Notes: a model not told the origin generated them from the sequence alone. A stretch of 63,976 nucleotides of DNA, filler included, from a bacterium (GCA_037439705.1; 5 parts of 5 records of this genome joined end to end with filler, not necessarily neighbours in it); one strand, 5' to 3'. Shown: positions 19,353 to 33,180, numbered from the whole stretch's first letter. Made by a program: numbers and translations.

Positions 19353-20415
19353 ACTTCTTTATCCACTTTCAAAATACTTCTTCGGTTTCAATGTTTTTAA
19401 GTACATAACATTCAGAACTGGAGGGGCAATCCTTTTCTCCGCCTTGTTAATGATATTGCTCGGTGAAAAATTTATAAAATTTTTGAAGAAATTCAATCTC
19501 GTTCAGGAAAAGAAAAGAGAGGATATTCCTGAAAGGCATGCGAAAAAAGAAGGGACCCCGACTATGGGAGGAATTCTCATCACCATTTCAATTCTTATCT
19601 CAGTTCTTCTATGGGGTAATCTGAGAAACGGGTATGTCCTTTTATCTCTCCTTATCATTCTGATTTTTGCAGGTATCGGACTGGCAGATGACATCTCAAA
19701 GAAGCGTAGAAGCCTCGGTATAAATGGCAAAATAAAATTTCTTTTAGAATGTGCATTCGTTTTTCTCATTTTTCTTTACATATATTTCAAAACCGATTTC
19801 TCCACCGTTTTGAACTTTCCCTTTTTTAAAAAATTGAGCACAGAAATAGGAATTCTTTATTTTGTTCTCGCTATCCTCGTAATTGTGGGAAGTGCGAATG
19901 CGGTAAACCTGACGGATGGTCTTGACGGTCTTGCAATAGGTTCTACAATAACAACTGCAGGCGTTCTGCTTATTGTAGCTTATGTGACAGGAAATGTTAA
20001 GCTCTCAAGCTATCTTTTGCTTCCCTATGTCAAAAATTCAGGAGAACTTGCAGTTTTGTGCGGAGCAATGGTCGGGACAGGACTTGGTTTTTTGTGGTTT
20101 AACGCCTATCCCGCACAGGTTTTTATGGGGGATGTAGGTTCCCTTGCTCTCGGTGCCGGTCTCGGAACAGTAGCAGTTTTATCAAAAAGCGAGTTCGTTC
20201 TTTTCATAGCAGGAATGGTTTTCGTTATAGAGACCGTCTCAGTTATAATTCAGGTGATTTCTTTCAAACTTACAGGAAAGAGGGTATTCAGGATGACCCC
20301 AATTCATCACCATTTTGAACTAAAAGGACTTCCCGAATCAAAGATAATTGTCCGCTTCTGGATTCTTTCCATTCTTTTCGGAATTTTTGCATTAAGTACA
20401 TTAAAACTGAGATGA
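19342..20415 (+). CDS. mraY: Phospho-N-acetylmuramoyl-pentapeptide transferase
   Basis: KEGTPTMGG, NAVNLTDGLDGLA, FMGDVGS and PIHHHFE motifs. Confidence 0.97.
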   Translation: MFLELLYPLSKYFFGFNVFKYITFRTGGAILFSALLMILLGEKFIKFLKKFNLVQEKKREDIPERHAKKEGTPTMGGILITISILISVLLWGNLRNGYVLLSLLIILIFAGIGLADDISKKRRSLGINGKIKFLLECAFVFLIFLYIYFKTDFSTVLNFPFFKKLSTEIGILYFVLAILVIVGSANAVNLTDGLDGLAIGSTITTAGVLLIVAYVTGNVKLSSYLLLPYVKNSGELAVLCGAMVGTGLGFLWFNAYPAQVFMGDVGSLALGAGLGTVAVLSKSEFVLFIAGMVFVIETVSVIIQVISFKLTGKRVFRMTPIHHHFELKGLPESKIIVRFWILSILFGIFALSTLKLR

Positions 20416-21728
20416 AGGCGGTGGTAATAGGTGGTGGCAAAACAGGGATTTCTGTGGCGAGGTTTTACAGGAAGATGGGGTATGATGTGATAATAAATGA
20501 CATAAAAAGGGAGAATGACTTTTCACCAGATGATATGAAGAAGATAAAGGAAGTTGCTGAGTTTGTGGGCGGCGGGCATTCAAAAGAGATATTTGATGGA
20601 GCAAAAAGGATTGTGGTAAGTCCGGGCGTGCCACCTTTCTCAATAAAGAAATTTGTGGATGATGAGAGGAAGCTTAAAGGAGATATAGAAGACGCATACG
20701 AGTGGATTGATGGGAATGTAATAGGAATTACAGGAACGAAGGGGAAGACATCCTTTTCCTTATTAATCTCAATGGTTTTAAAGAGCGCGGGATACAGTGT
20801 TTTTACCGGTGGAAATATAGGGGTTCCATACATTGAGGCATACGGTGGGAATTACGATTATATTGTTCTTGAACTTTCAAGTTTTCAGCTTGAATGGGTT
20901 GAAAAATTCAGACCGAAAGTGGCGGTCCTTCTTAATCTCAAGGAGGACCATCTTGATCGGTACAAAGATATGAGAGAATACTTTGTGGCGAAGGCTAAAA
21001 TTTTTAAAAATCAAAAAGAAGAAGACATTGCTATAGTATCAGCAGATATTCCTTTTATAAAGGGTTTTAAATTGAAAGGAAATACTTTCTTTTTCAGCAC
21101 AGAAAATGAGGTAGAGAGAGGCGCGTATAAATTCTCGGACAGGGCGGTCTTAAAAGTTTTTGAGAGAAAAGAATTTCCGGTTGAGAAGGAGGTTCTCATG
21201 AGGGTTCTTTCATGGGAAAACACTCTCGCCTACCTTATTTTTTGTGAGGTTATGGGCATAAAAGAGGAAATTTACCTCAGAGTTCTCAGGTCATTCGCAC
21301 CACCTCCTCACAGGCTTCAAAAATTCGGAGAGTTTAATGGAATGAAGTTTTACAATGATTCAAAATCAACCACTCCAGCATCTGTTATGAATGCCCTCCA
21401 GATAATAGACCCGCCTATTATTCTTATTATGGGAGGAAGAAACAAAAACCTTTCATTTTATGGACTCAGAGACGAGATAAGAAAAAAGGTAAGGAGCCTG
21501 GTTCTTTTCGGGGAATCAAAGGAAGAGATAAAAAGGGAAATTGAGAATTGTGGCGTTGATATTTTTATAGCTCAGAACCTGGAGGAGGCTGTTGAAATTG
21601 TAATGAGAATTGGAAGGAGCGGAGATAGGGTTTTGTTTTCTCCCGGTTGCGCTAGTTTTGATATGTTCAGAAACTATGAGGAGAGGGGAGAAAGGTTTAT
21701 GGAGCTTTTGAGGAAATATTCGCAATGA
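20412..21728 (+). CDS. murD: UDP-MurNAc-L-Ala:D-Glu ligase
   Basis: VVSPG, ELSSFQL, DHLDRY, NDSKST and SPGCASFD motifs. Confidence 0.95.
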   Translation: MKAVVIGGGKTGISVARFYRKMGYDVIINDIKRENDFSPDDMKKIKEVAEFVGGGHSKEIFDGAKRIVVSPGVPPFSIKKFVDDERKLKGDIEDAYEWIDGNVIGITGTKGKTSFSLLISMVLKSAGYSVFTGGNIGVPYIEAYGGNYDYIVLELSSFQLEWVEKFRPKVAVLLNLKEDHLDRYKDMREYFVAKAKIFKNQKEEDIAIVSADIPFIKGFKLKGNTFFFSTENEVERGAYKFSDRAVLKVFERKEFPVEKEVLMRVLSWENTLAYLIFCEVMGIKEEIYLRVLRSFAPPPHRLQKFGEFNGMKFYNDSKSTTPASVMNALQIIDPPIILIMGGRNKNLSFYGLRDEIRKKVRSLVLFGESKEEIKREIENCGVDIFIAQNLEEAVEIVMRIGRSGDRVLFSPGCASFDMFRNYEERGERFMELLRKYSQ

Positions 21729-22807
21729 GAAAAAGGGAATGGATAATTTTTATTGTTTTCCTCCTTTCCTTTCTCGGAATAATGATGGTTCTCAGCGCAA
21801 GTTATGTCAAATCCCTGGAGAAATTTGGGGATGGATTTTTCTATTTCAAAAAACAGGTGGGATTTGTGGCTGTGGGTTTTGTCCTCCTGACCATTACTTC
21901 TTTGTTTAAACCGAGATTCTATTACAGATTTTCATATATCCTCCTTCTCATTGTTACTGTCCTTTTAATCCTTGTTTTTGTGCCTGGCATAGGTGTGAAA
22001 ATAAATGGAGCATACCGGTGGATAAAAGTTGGGGGATTCACACTTCAGCCATCAGAGTATGCCAAAATAGTACTTGTCGTTTCTTTCGCAAGGATTTTTT
22101 CGGATGAAGGAAGGGCTTTGAAGAAATTTGTGATTCCTCTGGTTCTATATCTTATCATAGGCGGGCTTATTCTGGTTGAACCGGATTTTGGAACAGCAGG
22201 CTTTCTTTTTGCAGTTACCATTACTGCCTGTTTTGTTGGAGGGGTACCTTTAAAGTATATTTTTTCCGCATCGCTTATTGTGGTTTCTATTTGTGGCCTA
22301 TTTCTTATGAATAATAAAGTTATAGGTGAGAGGAAGGAGAGGATAGTAGCCCTCATTAATCCAGATGAATATGCGAATTCTAAGGGATATCAAATCCTTC
22401 AATCACTTTATGCTATTGGGGCTGGCGGGATAACAGGAGTGGGTGCCGGTGAAGGTAAATCAAAACTTCACTATTTGCCGGAGCCATTTACCGATTATAT
22501 ATTTTCTGTGCTCGGTGAAGAACTGGGTTTTTTAGGAACCTGTTTTTTACTCTGTCTTTTCACCGCACTTTTCATACTGGGTGTCAGGATTTCTATTTCA
22601 GCGAACGAACCCTTCATAGCACTTTCCACTTTTCTCATAACTTTTGTGCTTTGCTTTCAGGCAGCAATCCATATAGGAGTTGCCCTTGCCCTTCTTCCTC
22701 CGAAGGGTATAACCCTTCCTTTTGTGAGTTATGGAGGAAATTCCATTTTTTCATCGTTTATTGCGATAGGAATTATTCTTTCAATGGCGGGAAGAAATGA
22801 AAGATAA
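21725..22807 (+). CDS. ftsW: SEDS peptidoglycan polymerase FtsW
   Basis: QPSEYAK, EPDFG, TDYIFSVLGEELG and LPFVSYGG motifs; dcw position. Confidence 0.95.
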   Translation: MRKREWIIFIVFLLSFLGIMMVLSASYVKSLEKFGDGFFYFKKQVGFVAVGFVLLTITSLFKPRFYYRFSYILLLIVTVLLILVFVPGIGVKINGAYRWIKVGGFTLQPSEYAKIVLVVSFARIFSDEGRALKKFVIPLVLYLIIGGLILVEPDFGTAGFLFAVTITACFVGGVPLKYIFSASLIVVSICGLFLMNNKVIGERKERIVALINPDEYANSKGYQILQSLYAIGAGGITGVGAGEGKSKLHYLPEPFTDYIFSVLGEELGFLGTCFLLCLFTALFILGVRISISANEPFIALSTFLITFVLCFQAAIHIGVALALLPPKGITLPFVSYGGNSIFSSFIAIGIILSMAGRNER

Positions 22808-23873
22808 GAAACTGCTCATAATAGGTGCAGGTGGAACCGGCGGGCACATATACGCGGGGATATCAATTGCTCAAAAATGGAGGGATGAAGGTGGGGAGGT
22901 GATTTTCGTGGGAAGTTCTTACGGGATGGAGGGTAAACTTATAAAGGATTTTCCAGTTGAACTTCTGAAAATAGGTCCTTTTAAGAGGAAAGGCATCCGC
23001 GGACTTTCCATTTTCTTTCAGATCCCCTTCAGCCTCTTGAAGGTGATCTTGCTATTTCTTCGTAAAAAACCTGTGGTCGTTCTCGGCATAGGAGGATATG
23101 CCTCCTTTCCTGTCTGTCTCTCTGCATGGATTATGGGAATTCCCTTAGCCATAATGGAACAGAACACGATTCCGGGATTAACAAACAAAATCCTTTCAAG
23201 ATTGAGCAGGGTATGTTTTACAGGCTTTGATATGACAAGGAATTATTTAAAGGCTAAAAAAATTATTCTCTCAGGCAATCCTGTAAGAAAGGAGTTGAAA
23301 AATTTCTTATATCCGGGTCTGGAAAATAGGTCTGATTATCCAACCATAATAGTTCTGGGTGGAAGTCAGGGCGCGCACTTTTTGAACGAACTCATGCCAG
23401 AGGTTTTTAAAAACCTTTTGAATTTCGGAATCCTTCCAAAAGTCATTCATCAGACAGGAAGAGGCGACAGGGAATATGTGGAGAGAAAGTACAGGGAATA
23501 TGGAATAAATGCTGAGGTTTTTGATTTCAATCCTGAAATACATCAATTCCTTGCAAGGTCTCACCTTGCTGTGTGCAGGGCAGGCGCAATGACAATTGCT
23601 GAACTTTCTATAGCCGGAGTTCCTGCTATTTTCATTCCGTATCCCTATGCAGCATATAACCACCAATTAACAAATGCAAAAGAAGTTGAGAGTAAAGGCG
23701 GAGGAATATGCGTTGAACAGAAAGATGCTACTCCGTTAAGGATTTCTGAACTGATAAGGGACCTCGTGGAGAGCAAAAAGCTCTTTGAAATGTCAGAAAA
23801 GATAAAAGAATTTTCTAAACAGGAGGCGGACAGAATAATCACAGATACCCTGAGGAGCATTTTGAGATGTTAG
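22797..23873 (+). CDS. murG: Undecaprenyl-PP-MurNAc-pentapeptide GlcNAc transferase
   Basis: GGTGGH, GGYAS, EQN, GNPVR, GGSQGA and HQ..NA motifs. Confidence 0.96.
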   Translation: MKDKKLLIIGAGGTGGHIYAGISIAQKWRDEGGEVIFVGSSYGMEGKLIKDFPVELLKIGPFKRKGIRGLSIFFQIPFSLLKVILLFLRKKPVVVLGIGGYASFPVCLSAWIMGIPLAIMEQNTIPGLTNKILSRLSRVCFTGFDMTRNYLKAKKIILSGNPVRKELKNFLYPGLENRSDYPTIIVLGGSQGAHFLNELMPEVFKNLLNFGILPKVIHQTGRGDREYVERKYREYGINAEVFDFNPEIHQFLARSHLAVCRAGAMTIAELSIAGVPAIFIPYPYAAYNHQLTNAKEVESKGGGICVEQKDATPLRISELIRDLVESKKLFEMSEKIKEFSKQEADRIITDTLRSILRC

Positions 23874-25237
23874 GAAAAGTTAAAAAAATTCACATGGTGG
23901 GAATAGGCGGAATAGGGATGAGTGGAATTGCTGAGGTTCTTCTCAATTTGAAATTCACCGTGAGTGGTTCGGACATAAAGAGGTCTAAAATTACTGAAAG
24001 ACTTGAAAAACTTGGAGCAAAGATTTTTTACAATCACAGACCAGAGAACATAGAGGGAGCGGATGTGGTAGTGATTTCTTCAGCCATTAAACCTGATAAT
24101 TCAGAGGTTATAAGGGCTAAAGAACTCAGAATCCCGATAATTCCAAGAACGGAAATACTTTCTGAACTGATGAGAATGAAGTTCAGCATTACGGTTAGCG
24201 GAAGTCACGGAAAGACCACAACCACTTCTCTTATAGGAGAGGTTCTTGCTGCAGCAAATATGGATCCCACCCTTATAGTGGGCGGAAGACTAAGAAGCCT
24301 TGGCACCAATGCCCGTCTCGGTAGCGGAAAGTATTTTGTAGCAGAGGTTGATGAAAGCGACGGGACATTCAGAATGATAAGTCCTGTTATAGCAGTAGTA
24401 ACAAACATTGATAAGGAACACCTTGATACATATAAAACTTTAAAATCCTTGAAATCAGCATTTCTCCATTTCCTGAACTCCGTTCCGTTCTGGAGCCTCT
24501 CCATTGCCTGTCTGGACGACAGAGGGGTAAGAAGCATTATTTCAAAGGTGAAAAGGAGGCTTTTTACATACGGAACGCACCCTGACGCAGATTTCAGAGT
24601 TTCTTCGGTAGAAAGGTCAGAAAGAGGGTCTTTTTTCAAAGCAAACTATCGTGAAAAGGAACTCGGCAAATTTTTTATTCCTCTTCTCGGTTATCACAAT
24701 GTGCTCAACGCTCTTGCCTGTATATGTGTGGCACAGGAACTTGGTATCTCATTGAATGAGGTGAAGTCTGCGTTTGAGAATTTTTCAGGTATAGAGAGGA
24801 GGTTAGAATTCAAAGGAGAGAAAAATGGAGTTTATTATTACGATGATTACGGACATCATCCGACCGAGATAAAAAGCACTCTATCAGCAATAAGGAAGCA
24901 TTTGAAAGGCGGAAGACTGCATGTGATTTTTCAACCTCACAGGTTTACGAGAATATTCCTCCTGATGAACGAGTTTTCTAAAGCATTTTTTGATGCGGAT
25001 ACGCTTTTTGTTATGGACATATATCCTGCAGGAGAAAATCCCATTGAAGGAGTTAATTCAAAAAATCTTGTTAAGAAAATAAAAGAAGCTGGGCATCTCC
25101 GAGTCAGCTACCTATCAAGTTTTGGGGAAATTCGAGATTACATAAAAAAAATAGCAAAAAATGGAGATATAGTTTTAACCCTCGGTGCAGGCGATGTCTA
25201 CAAATTTCATGAGGAGGTTCACCGTGGAGAGATTTGA
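23867..25237 (+). CDS. murC: UDP-MurNAc:L-Ala ligase
   Basis: GIGGIGMSG, HGKTTTT, DESDG, DDYGHHPTE and FQPHRFTR motifs. Confidence 0.97.
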   Translation: MLGKVKKIHMVGIGGIGMSGIAEVLLNLKFTVSGSDIKRSKITERLEKLGAKIFYNHRPENIEGADVVVISSAIKPDNSEVIRAKELRIPIIPRTEILSELMRMKFSITVSGSHGKTTTTSLIGEVLAAANMDPTLIVGGRLRSLGTNARLGSGKYFVAEVDESDGTFRMISPVIAVVTNIDKEHLDTYKTLKSLKSAFLHFLNSVPFWSLSIACLDDRGVRSIISKVKRRLFTYGTHPDADFRVSSVERSERGSFFKANYREKELGKFFIPLLGYHNVLNALACICVAQELGISLNEVKSAFENFSGIERRLEFKGEKNGVYYYDDYGHHPTEIKSTLSAIRKHLKGGRLHVIFQPHRFTRIFLLMNEFSKAFFDADTLFVMDIYPAGENPIEGVNSKNLVKKIKEAGHLRVSYLSSFGEIRDYIKKIAKNGDIVLTLGAGDVYKFHEEVHRGEI

Positions 25238-26141
25238 AGAAAAGATGATGGAGAAGTTCGGAGAAAGGTTTGTGAAGAATTATCCCATGTCAGAATACAC
25301 ATCTTTCAAAATAGGAGGACCGGCAGATTTTATAGTTTTCCCGTTTACGAAGGAAGAAATTAAGTATGCTCTTGATGAGGTAAGAAGTGCAAACCTCTCT
25401 TACATTCTCCTCGGATGTGGGACGAACCTTCTTGTTAAGGACGGAGGAATAGAGGGAGTTGTAATTTCCACGAAGAAGGCGCTGGATGGTCTTGAGATAT
25501 TTGTTGAGGGAGAAAAAATTCGCCTTTTTGCTGAGTGCGGAGTGCGTTTGAGTACCATTGTTTCGGAAGTAAGCAATGCTGGAGGAAAAGGGATTGAATG
25601 CCTGGCAGGAATTCCAGGAAATTTAGGAGGAGCGCTCAAAACAAATGCAGGAACAAAAGAAGGGAGTATCTCTCAGTTTGTGAGGGAGATAACGGTTTAT
25701 GATGAAAAGGGCAGAGAGAGGGTAATTCCCTCAGAAGAACTTAATTTTTCCTACAGGAAACTTTCCATACCGAGAAAATGGGCAATTCTTTCTGCAACAC
25801 TTGAGTTTGAGAAAATTTTTCCTGAACTTGCAAAGGAAAAGGTTAAAGAAATCATTGAAAGAAGGATGAAAACCCAGCCACTGAATTTACCTTCCGCTGG
25901 ATGTATATTCAAAAATCCGAAAGGTGAATCTGCCGGAAAAATTATAGATGAATTAGGGCTCAAAGGAATGAGAGTAAGAGGTGCAAGAATTTCTCCGGTT
26001 CATGCCAATTTCATAGTAAACGAAGGAAATGCAAAGGCAAGTGATGTCCTTGCTTTAATAGATGCGGTTCAGAAGAAGGTGAAGGAAGAGATGGGAATTT
26101 CTCTTGAACTGGAGATAGAGATTATAGGGAGGGAAAGATGA
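25224..26141 (+). CDS. murB: UDP-N-acetylenolpyruvylglucosamine reductase
   Basis: SFKIGGPA, GIPGNLGGA, FSYR, SAGCIFKNP and HANFIVN motifs; GTG 25224 follows a GGAGG SD. Confidence 0.95.
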   Translation: MERFEEKMMEKFGERFVKNYPMSEYTSFKIGGPADFIVFPFTKEEIKYALDEVRSANLSYILLGCGTNLLVKDGGIEGVVISTKKALDGLEIFVEGEKIRLFAECGVRLSTIVSEVSNAGGKGIECLAGIPGNLGGALKTNAGTKEGSISQFVREITVYDEKGRERVIPSEELNFSYRKLSIPRKWAILSATLEFEKIFPELAKEKVKEIIERRMKTQPLNLPSAGCIFKNPKGESAGKIIDELGLKGMRVRGARISPVHANFIVNEGNAKASDVLALIDAVQKKVKEEMGISLELEIEIIGRER

Positions 26142-27061
26142 AAGATTTGAAAAGAAAAAAAATAGGGGTTTTGATGGGTGGAATTTCTTCAGAAAGAGAG
26201 GTTTCTATGAGAAGCGGAAATGCTATTCTTTCCAGCCTTCTCAGAATGGGATTTAACGCTGTGGGGATAGATGTAAAGGAAGACCTTTTTGAGAAACTCA
26301 GAAAGGAAAAGATCGATGTGGCTTTTGTGGCTCTTCACGGAAAGTTTGGAGAGGATGGATGCGTTCAGGGAATTCTTGAGTTTATGGGCATTCCATATAC
26401 CGGAAGCGGAGTATTGGGAAGTGCTCTTTCAATGAACAAACTTTATTCCAGGATTATTTGGGAGAAGCACAAATTGCCAGTTCCTCCGTACAGGGTCATA
26501 AAGAAAGGCATGGATTTCTCAAATCCTTTCGGTTTTCCTGTGGTAATAAAACCTGTGGATGAAGGTTCAAGCATAGGGGTTTCCATAGCAAGAAATGAGA
26601 AGGAAATGAGGAAAGCAATAAAGAATGCATTTCGTTTTTCGGATACGCTTCTTCTTGAGAAATTCATAAAAGGGAAGGAGGTTCATGTTGGAATTCTCAA
26701 CAATTCCATTCTTGGTTCGGTGGAGGTAAGACCCTCAAGGGAGTTTTACGATTACATAGCGAAATATCAACCGGGAACAACAGAATACATCATTCCACCT
26801 TCAATAAATAAAAGGGTTAGAGAAAGGCTTGAAAAGGCGTGTTTAAAGGCTCACATCCTTTTAGGTCTTGAAGGCGTTTCCAGAATAGATGCCATTGTGA
26901 AAGGCAACAAATTCTACATCTTAGAAGCAAATTCCATACCCGGTATGACGGTGACAAGCCTTATTCCAAAAATAGCAAATTCAAAAGGAATTTCGTTTGA
27001 CCGGCTTATTTTAAAAATTTTAAAGGGTGCGAGTTTAAAAATAAAAAGGAGGGAAATATGA
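26138..27061 (+). CDS. ddl: D-alanine--D-alanine ligase
   Basis: GGISSEREVS, LHGKFGEDG, EGSSIG, YDYIAKY and EANSIPGMT motifs. Confidence 0.96.
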   Translation: MKDLKRKKIGVLMGGISSEREVSMRSGNAILSSLLRMGFNAVGIDVKEDLFEKLRKEKIDVAFVALHGKFGEDGCVQGILEFMGIPYTGSGVLGSALSMNKLYSRIIWEKHKLPVPPYRVIKKGMDFSNPFGFPVVIKPVDEGSSIGVSIARNEKEMRKAIKNAFRFSDTLLLEKFIKGKEVHVGILNNSILGSVEVRPSREFYDYIAKYQPGTTEYIIPPSINKRVRERLEKACLKAHILLGLEGVSRIDAIVKGNKFYILEANSIPGMTVTSLIPKIANSKGISFDRLILKILKGASLKIKRREI

Positions 27062-27262
27062 AAAGAAAAAACAAGATGAAAAGGAAAATAAAAGTCAGGG
27101 AGAAAAGAATAGGGGTTGGCCCCTTCAAAATTCTGGGGCTCGTGATTGCTCTGATGCTTGGCGTTCTGTTTGCCGGAGCAAGTGCTTACCTTACTTCCGA
27201 GGGGATGAATAGAATAAGAAACTCTCCATATTTTTATGTGAAATTCCTGAAGATAAATGGTG
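27058..27262 (+). CDS. ftsQ: Cell division protein FtsQ (3'-truncated)
   Basis: Basic N-terminus, TM helix, start of POTRA domain (SPYFYVKFLKING); follows ddl. Confidence 0.75.
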
Positions 27263-27362
27263 NNNNNNNNNNNNNNNNNNNNNNNNNNNNNNNNNNNNNN
27301 NNNNNNTTAATTAATTAANNNNNNNNNNNNNNNNNNNNNNNNNNNNNNNNNNNNNNNNNNNN
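27263..27362. other. Artificial contig linker
   Basis: N44-TTAATTAATTAA-N44. Confidence 0.98.
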
Positions 27363-27364
27363 AT

Positions 27365-27883
27365 GGAAATGAAAGTAGAACCCGTTCAGCATTTATCTTA
27401 AGGGAAAAAGAGGCAAGGAGATGGAATGTGCGGTGGGTTCTTGGAGAATTCGGAATACTTTTTCAGACAAAAAATTCGGAAAAGTATCTTGAGGACCATA
27501 TGAAATTGATTGAGGAGTTCAGCATTTCCTCCTTTTACTGGAATTACAACAGGGAAAGAGACGATATGAGTCCTGTGGATGAAGAAGGAAATGAAAAATG
27601 TTTATCCTATTGCCCCCTTGATGTCCTTTCAAGAGCCTATCCACAGAAAACCTATGGCGAACTTCTCAGGTTTAGTTTTGACAGAAGTAAAAAAGAATTC
27701 GTTATGGAGTTTAAGAGTTATGGAGAAGAATATCCCACCGAGATTTACCTTCCAGAAAGGCATCTCGGAAAAAATCCGAAAATATCGGTAGAAGGAGGGC
27801 CTTATGAGTATTACATAAAAGACCAGATTCTTTATCTGTTTGCAAACGAAAAAGGGAAATATAAAATAAAGGTATCCCGATAA
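27365..27883 (+). CDS. Glycoside hydrolase family 5 (endoglycoceramidase-like), C-terminal part; 5'-truncated
   Basis: VLGEFG nucleophile motif, YWNY, LSRAYPQKTYG and PTEIYLP; the frame is open from the contig edge. Confidence 0.75.
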   Translation, partial: GNESRTRSAFILREKEARRWNVRWVLGEFGILFQTKNSEKYLEDHMKLIEEFSISSFYWNYNRERDDMSPVDEEGNEKCLSYCPLDVLSRAYPQKTYGELLRFSFDRSKKEFVMEFKSYGEEYPTEIYLPERHLGKNPKISVEGGPYEYYIKDQILYLFANEKGKYKIKVSR

Positions 27884-27896
27884 TCAAAACGAAAAC

Positions 27897-31265
<3,369 letters not shown>

Positions 31266-31543
31266 AATACCTGTGTAGTGTACACATATATTGTTACCAC
31301 CCATGGGGTATTTTTGAGGGGATTCGCCCCCAAACCCACCATTTTTATTTTCTTATCTTTTTTGATGAATGGGATATGTTGGTAAGCCCTATTCCTTTCA
31401 AGGCACTCTCTATCACCAAAATAGAAACCTTTTACCTCAAATCTCCAACCCCTTTCCCCTGGTCACAATGTGTAGGTGCTTCTACAAACGGATACTTGAA
31501 AACTATTTCTGAAAAATGTAATTATAATTGAAAGAGGGTTAAA

Positions 31544-32273
31544 GTGAGAATAGAGGTAGAATTAAATAATGATTCTCCCTTTAAATTTCCCAGGGACTAT
31601 AGACATTATTTCATCTCCTTTCTAAAGAAAATTTTCTCAGAAACTTTATGAAGATAAGAGAACAAAGCCATTTACATTTTCTGTTTGGTTAGGTGATAAA
31701 TTTGACATAGAAGATGATGAAATTCAGCTGGGAGAGCACCTCTATTTTCTCTTTTCCTCAGGTGAGCCTTCCATTCTTACTCACTTCTACAATGGCATAA
31801 TTAGTATAAAAGACGAGATTATCCCATTAGGAAAATCTAATTTTAAAATAGGGAAAATATCCCTTCAGCCTCTAAAGAAGATTAGAGGAATAAAGATTCT
31901 ATGCAAAACAATTGGAATTTCCATTATTACAAGCCCGGATGAATCAGCCAGAGATTTCAAAAAATGGTATGTAATCTCTATAGATGAGTTGACATTCTTC
32001 AACGATGTCCTGAAAAAAAGGACAAATGATAGGTTTGAACGAATAAAGGGAAGAAAAGGGAGCTTTGAGATTGAATCAAAACCTTTAATGGGCTATAAAG
32101 ACTCAATAAAAGAAACTGTTGTGAAGCATTATGGGGCATATTTAAGGGGTTTTAGAGGATTTTTTTGGCTTGAAGGAGACGAAGAGATATTGCAGTTTGT
32201 CTATGATTTCGGCCTCGGCGTAAGAATAGGGCAGGGATTTGGGATGATTGAAGTTATAAAGGAAGCAGAATAA
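31544..32273 (+). pseudogene. cas6: CRISPR-associated endoribonuclease Cas6, frameshifted near 31640
   Basis: GTG 31544 gives MRIEVEL...FPRDYRHYFISFLKKIF, then TGA at 31649-31651. Another frame is open from about 31641 (LYEDKRTKPFTFSV...) to the G-rich loop GLGVRIGQGFG at the C-terminus. Confidence 0.88.
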
Positions 32274-32392
32274 AAGGAATGACCGAGAAGAATCCCCTTG
32301 AAAATTTTGAAGGATCAGATTGTAGCTATAAAAATTGTCCAAAAGGTAAGGAGTGAATGGCTAAATTAGAAATTAATTATAGGTAAGGAGAA

Positions 32393-32602
32393 GTGGTAAA
32401 AGATAAAAAACTTCTTGAAAAGTTTGAAATAGAACTCACCAAAAAAGAACTCCCAAACATTGAAAAAAATCTTGCAATCTTTAATGAAATGCTTGAATTT
32501 GCGAAGGAAATGAAAAAAATTCCCCCTCCTGATCCTTTTGAAGGAATAGAAATCGATATAAAATATGCAGGAGCAATAAATGGAATTAAAAGAACTTCTT
32601 AA
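32393..32602 (+). CDS. Small hypothetical protein, partner of the downstream nucleotidyltransferase (putative antitoxin-like)
   Basis: Strong SD TAAGGAG before GTG; 69 aa with P.DP.EGIE.DI motif; overlaps the next gene. Confidence 0.7.
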   Translation: MVKDKKLLEKFEIELTKKELPNIEKNLAIFNEMLEFAKEMKKIPPPDPFEGIEIDIKYAGAINGIKRTS

Positions 32603-33140
32603 AAATCTGGCAAGGGAATTTGAAAAAAATAATCTTAATTACATGATAATAGGTGGCCAGGCGCTTTTAATTTATGGGGAACCAAGGTTAACCAATGATA
32701 TAGATATTACAATTGATGGTGGACTTGAAAAATACAATTTGCTCATTGACATTTCAAATAATCTTAAATTGAAAATCTTACCCGAAAATCCATTTGAGTT
32801 TGTAAAAAAGACAATGGTTTTACCAATGCTGGATGAAAAAACAGGATTAAGAATAGATATTATTTTCTCATATTCTCTTTATGAAAAAGAGGCTTTTAAA
32901 AGGGTAAATAAAATCAAAATTGATGATGTAGGCGTGAACTATGTTTCTGTAGAAGACCTTATAATCCATAAGATAATAAGCGGTAGGGAAAGGGACTTTG
33001 AAGATGTGAAAAATATTATATTGAAGAATAAAAATATAGATGAGGAATATATTTTAAAATGGCTTAAAGAATTTGAAAAAACCCTTGATACTCCACTTAC
33101 AAACATTTTTTTGAAGATGAAAGGGGAAATCGGAGAATGA
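32580..33140 (+). CDS. Pol-beta superfamily nucleotidyltransferase (DUF6036/AbiEii-like)
   Basis: YMIIGGQA...YGEPRLTNDIDI, RIDIIF and EDLIIHK..SGRERD.ED motifs. Confidence 0.82.
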   Translation: MELKELLKNLAREFEKNNLNYMIIGGQALLIYGEPRLTNDIDITIDGGLEKYNLLIDISNNLKLKILPENPFEFVKKTMVLPMLDEKTGLRIDIIFSYSLYEKEAFKRVNKIKIDDVGVNYVSVEDLIIHKIISGRERDFEDVKNIILKNKNIDEEYILKWLKEFEKTLDTPLTNIFLKMKGEIGE

Positions 33141-33180
33141 GGATTTTGCAACTGAGAATCTATCAACCCATGCTCACTAA
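33137..33180 (+). pseudogene. cas5: Stub of cas5 (type I-B-like N-terminus)
   Basis: ATGA-coupled start gives MRILQLRIYQP; restoring one C gives QPHAH, matching the usual Cas5 start M..L.L.IYQP.AHY; similarity is lost afterwards. Confidence 0.6.

Noticed and set aside
13736-27262. dcw cluster as a source of novelty
   Set aside because: Canonical order and motifs; nothing unusual seen beyond tight overlaps.
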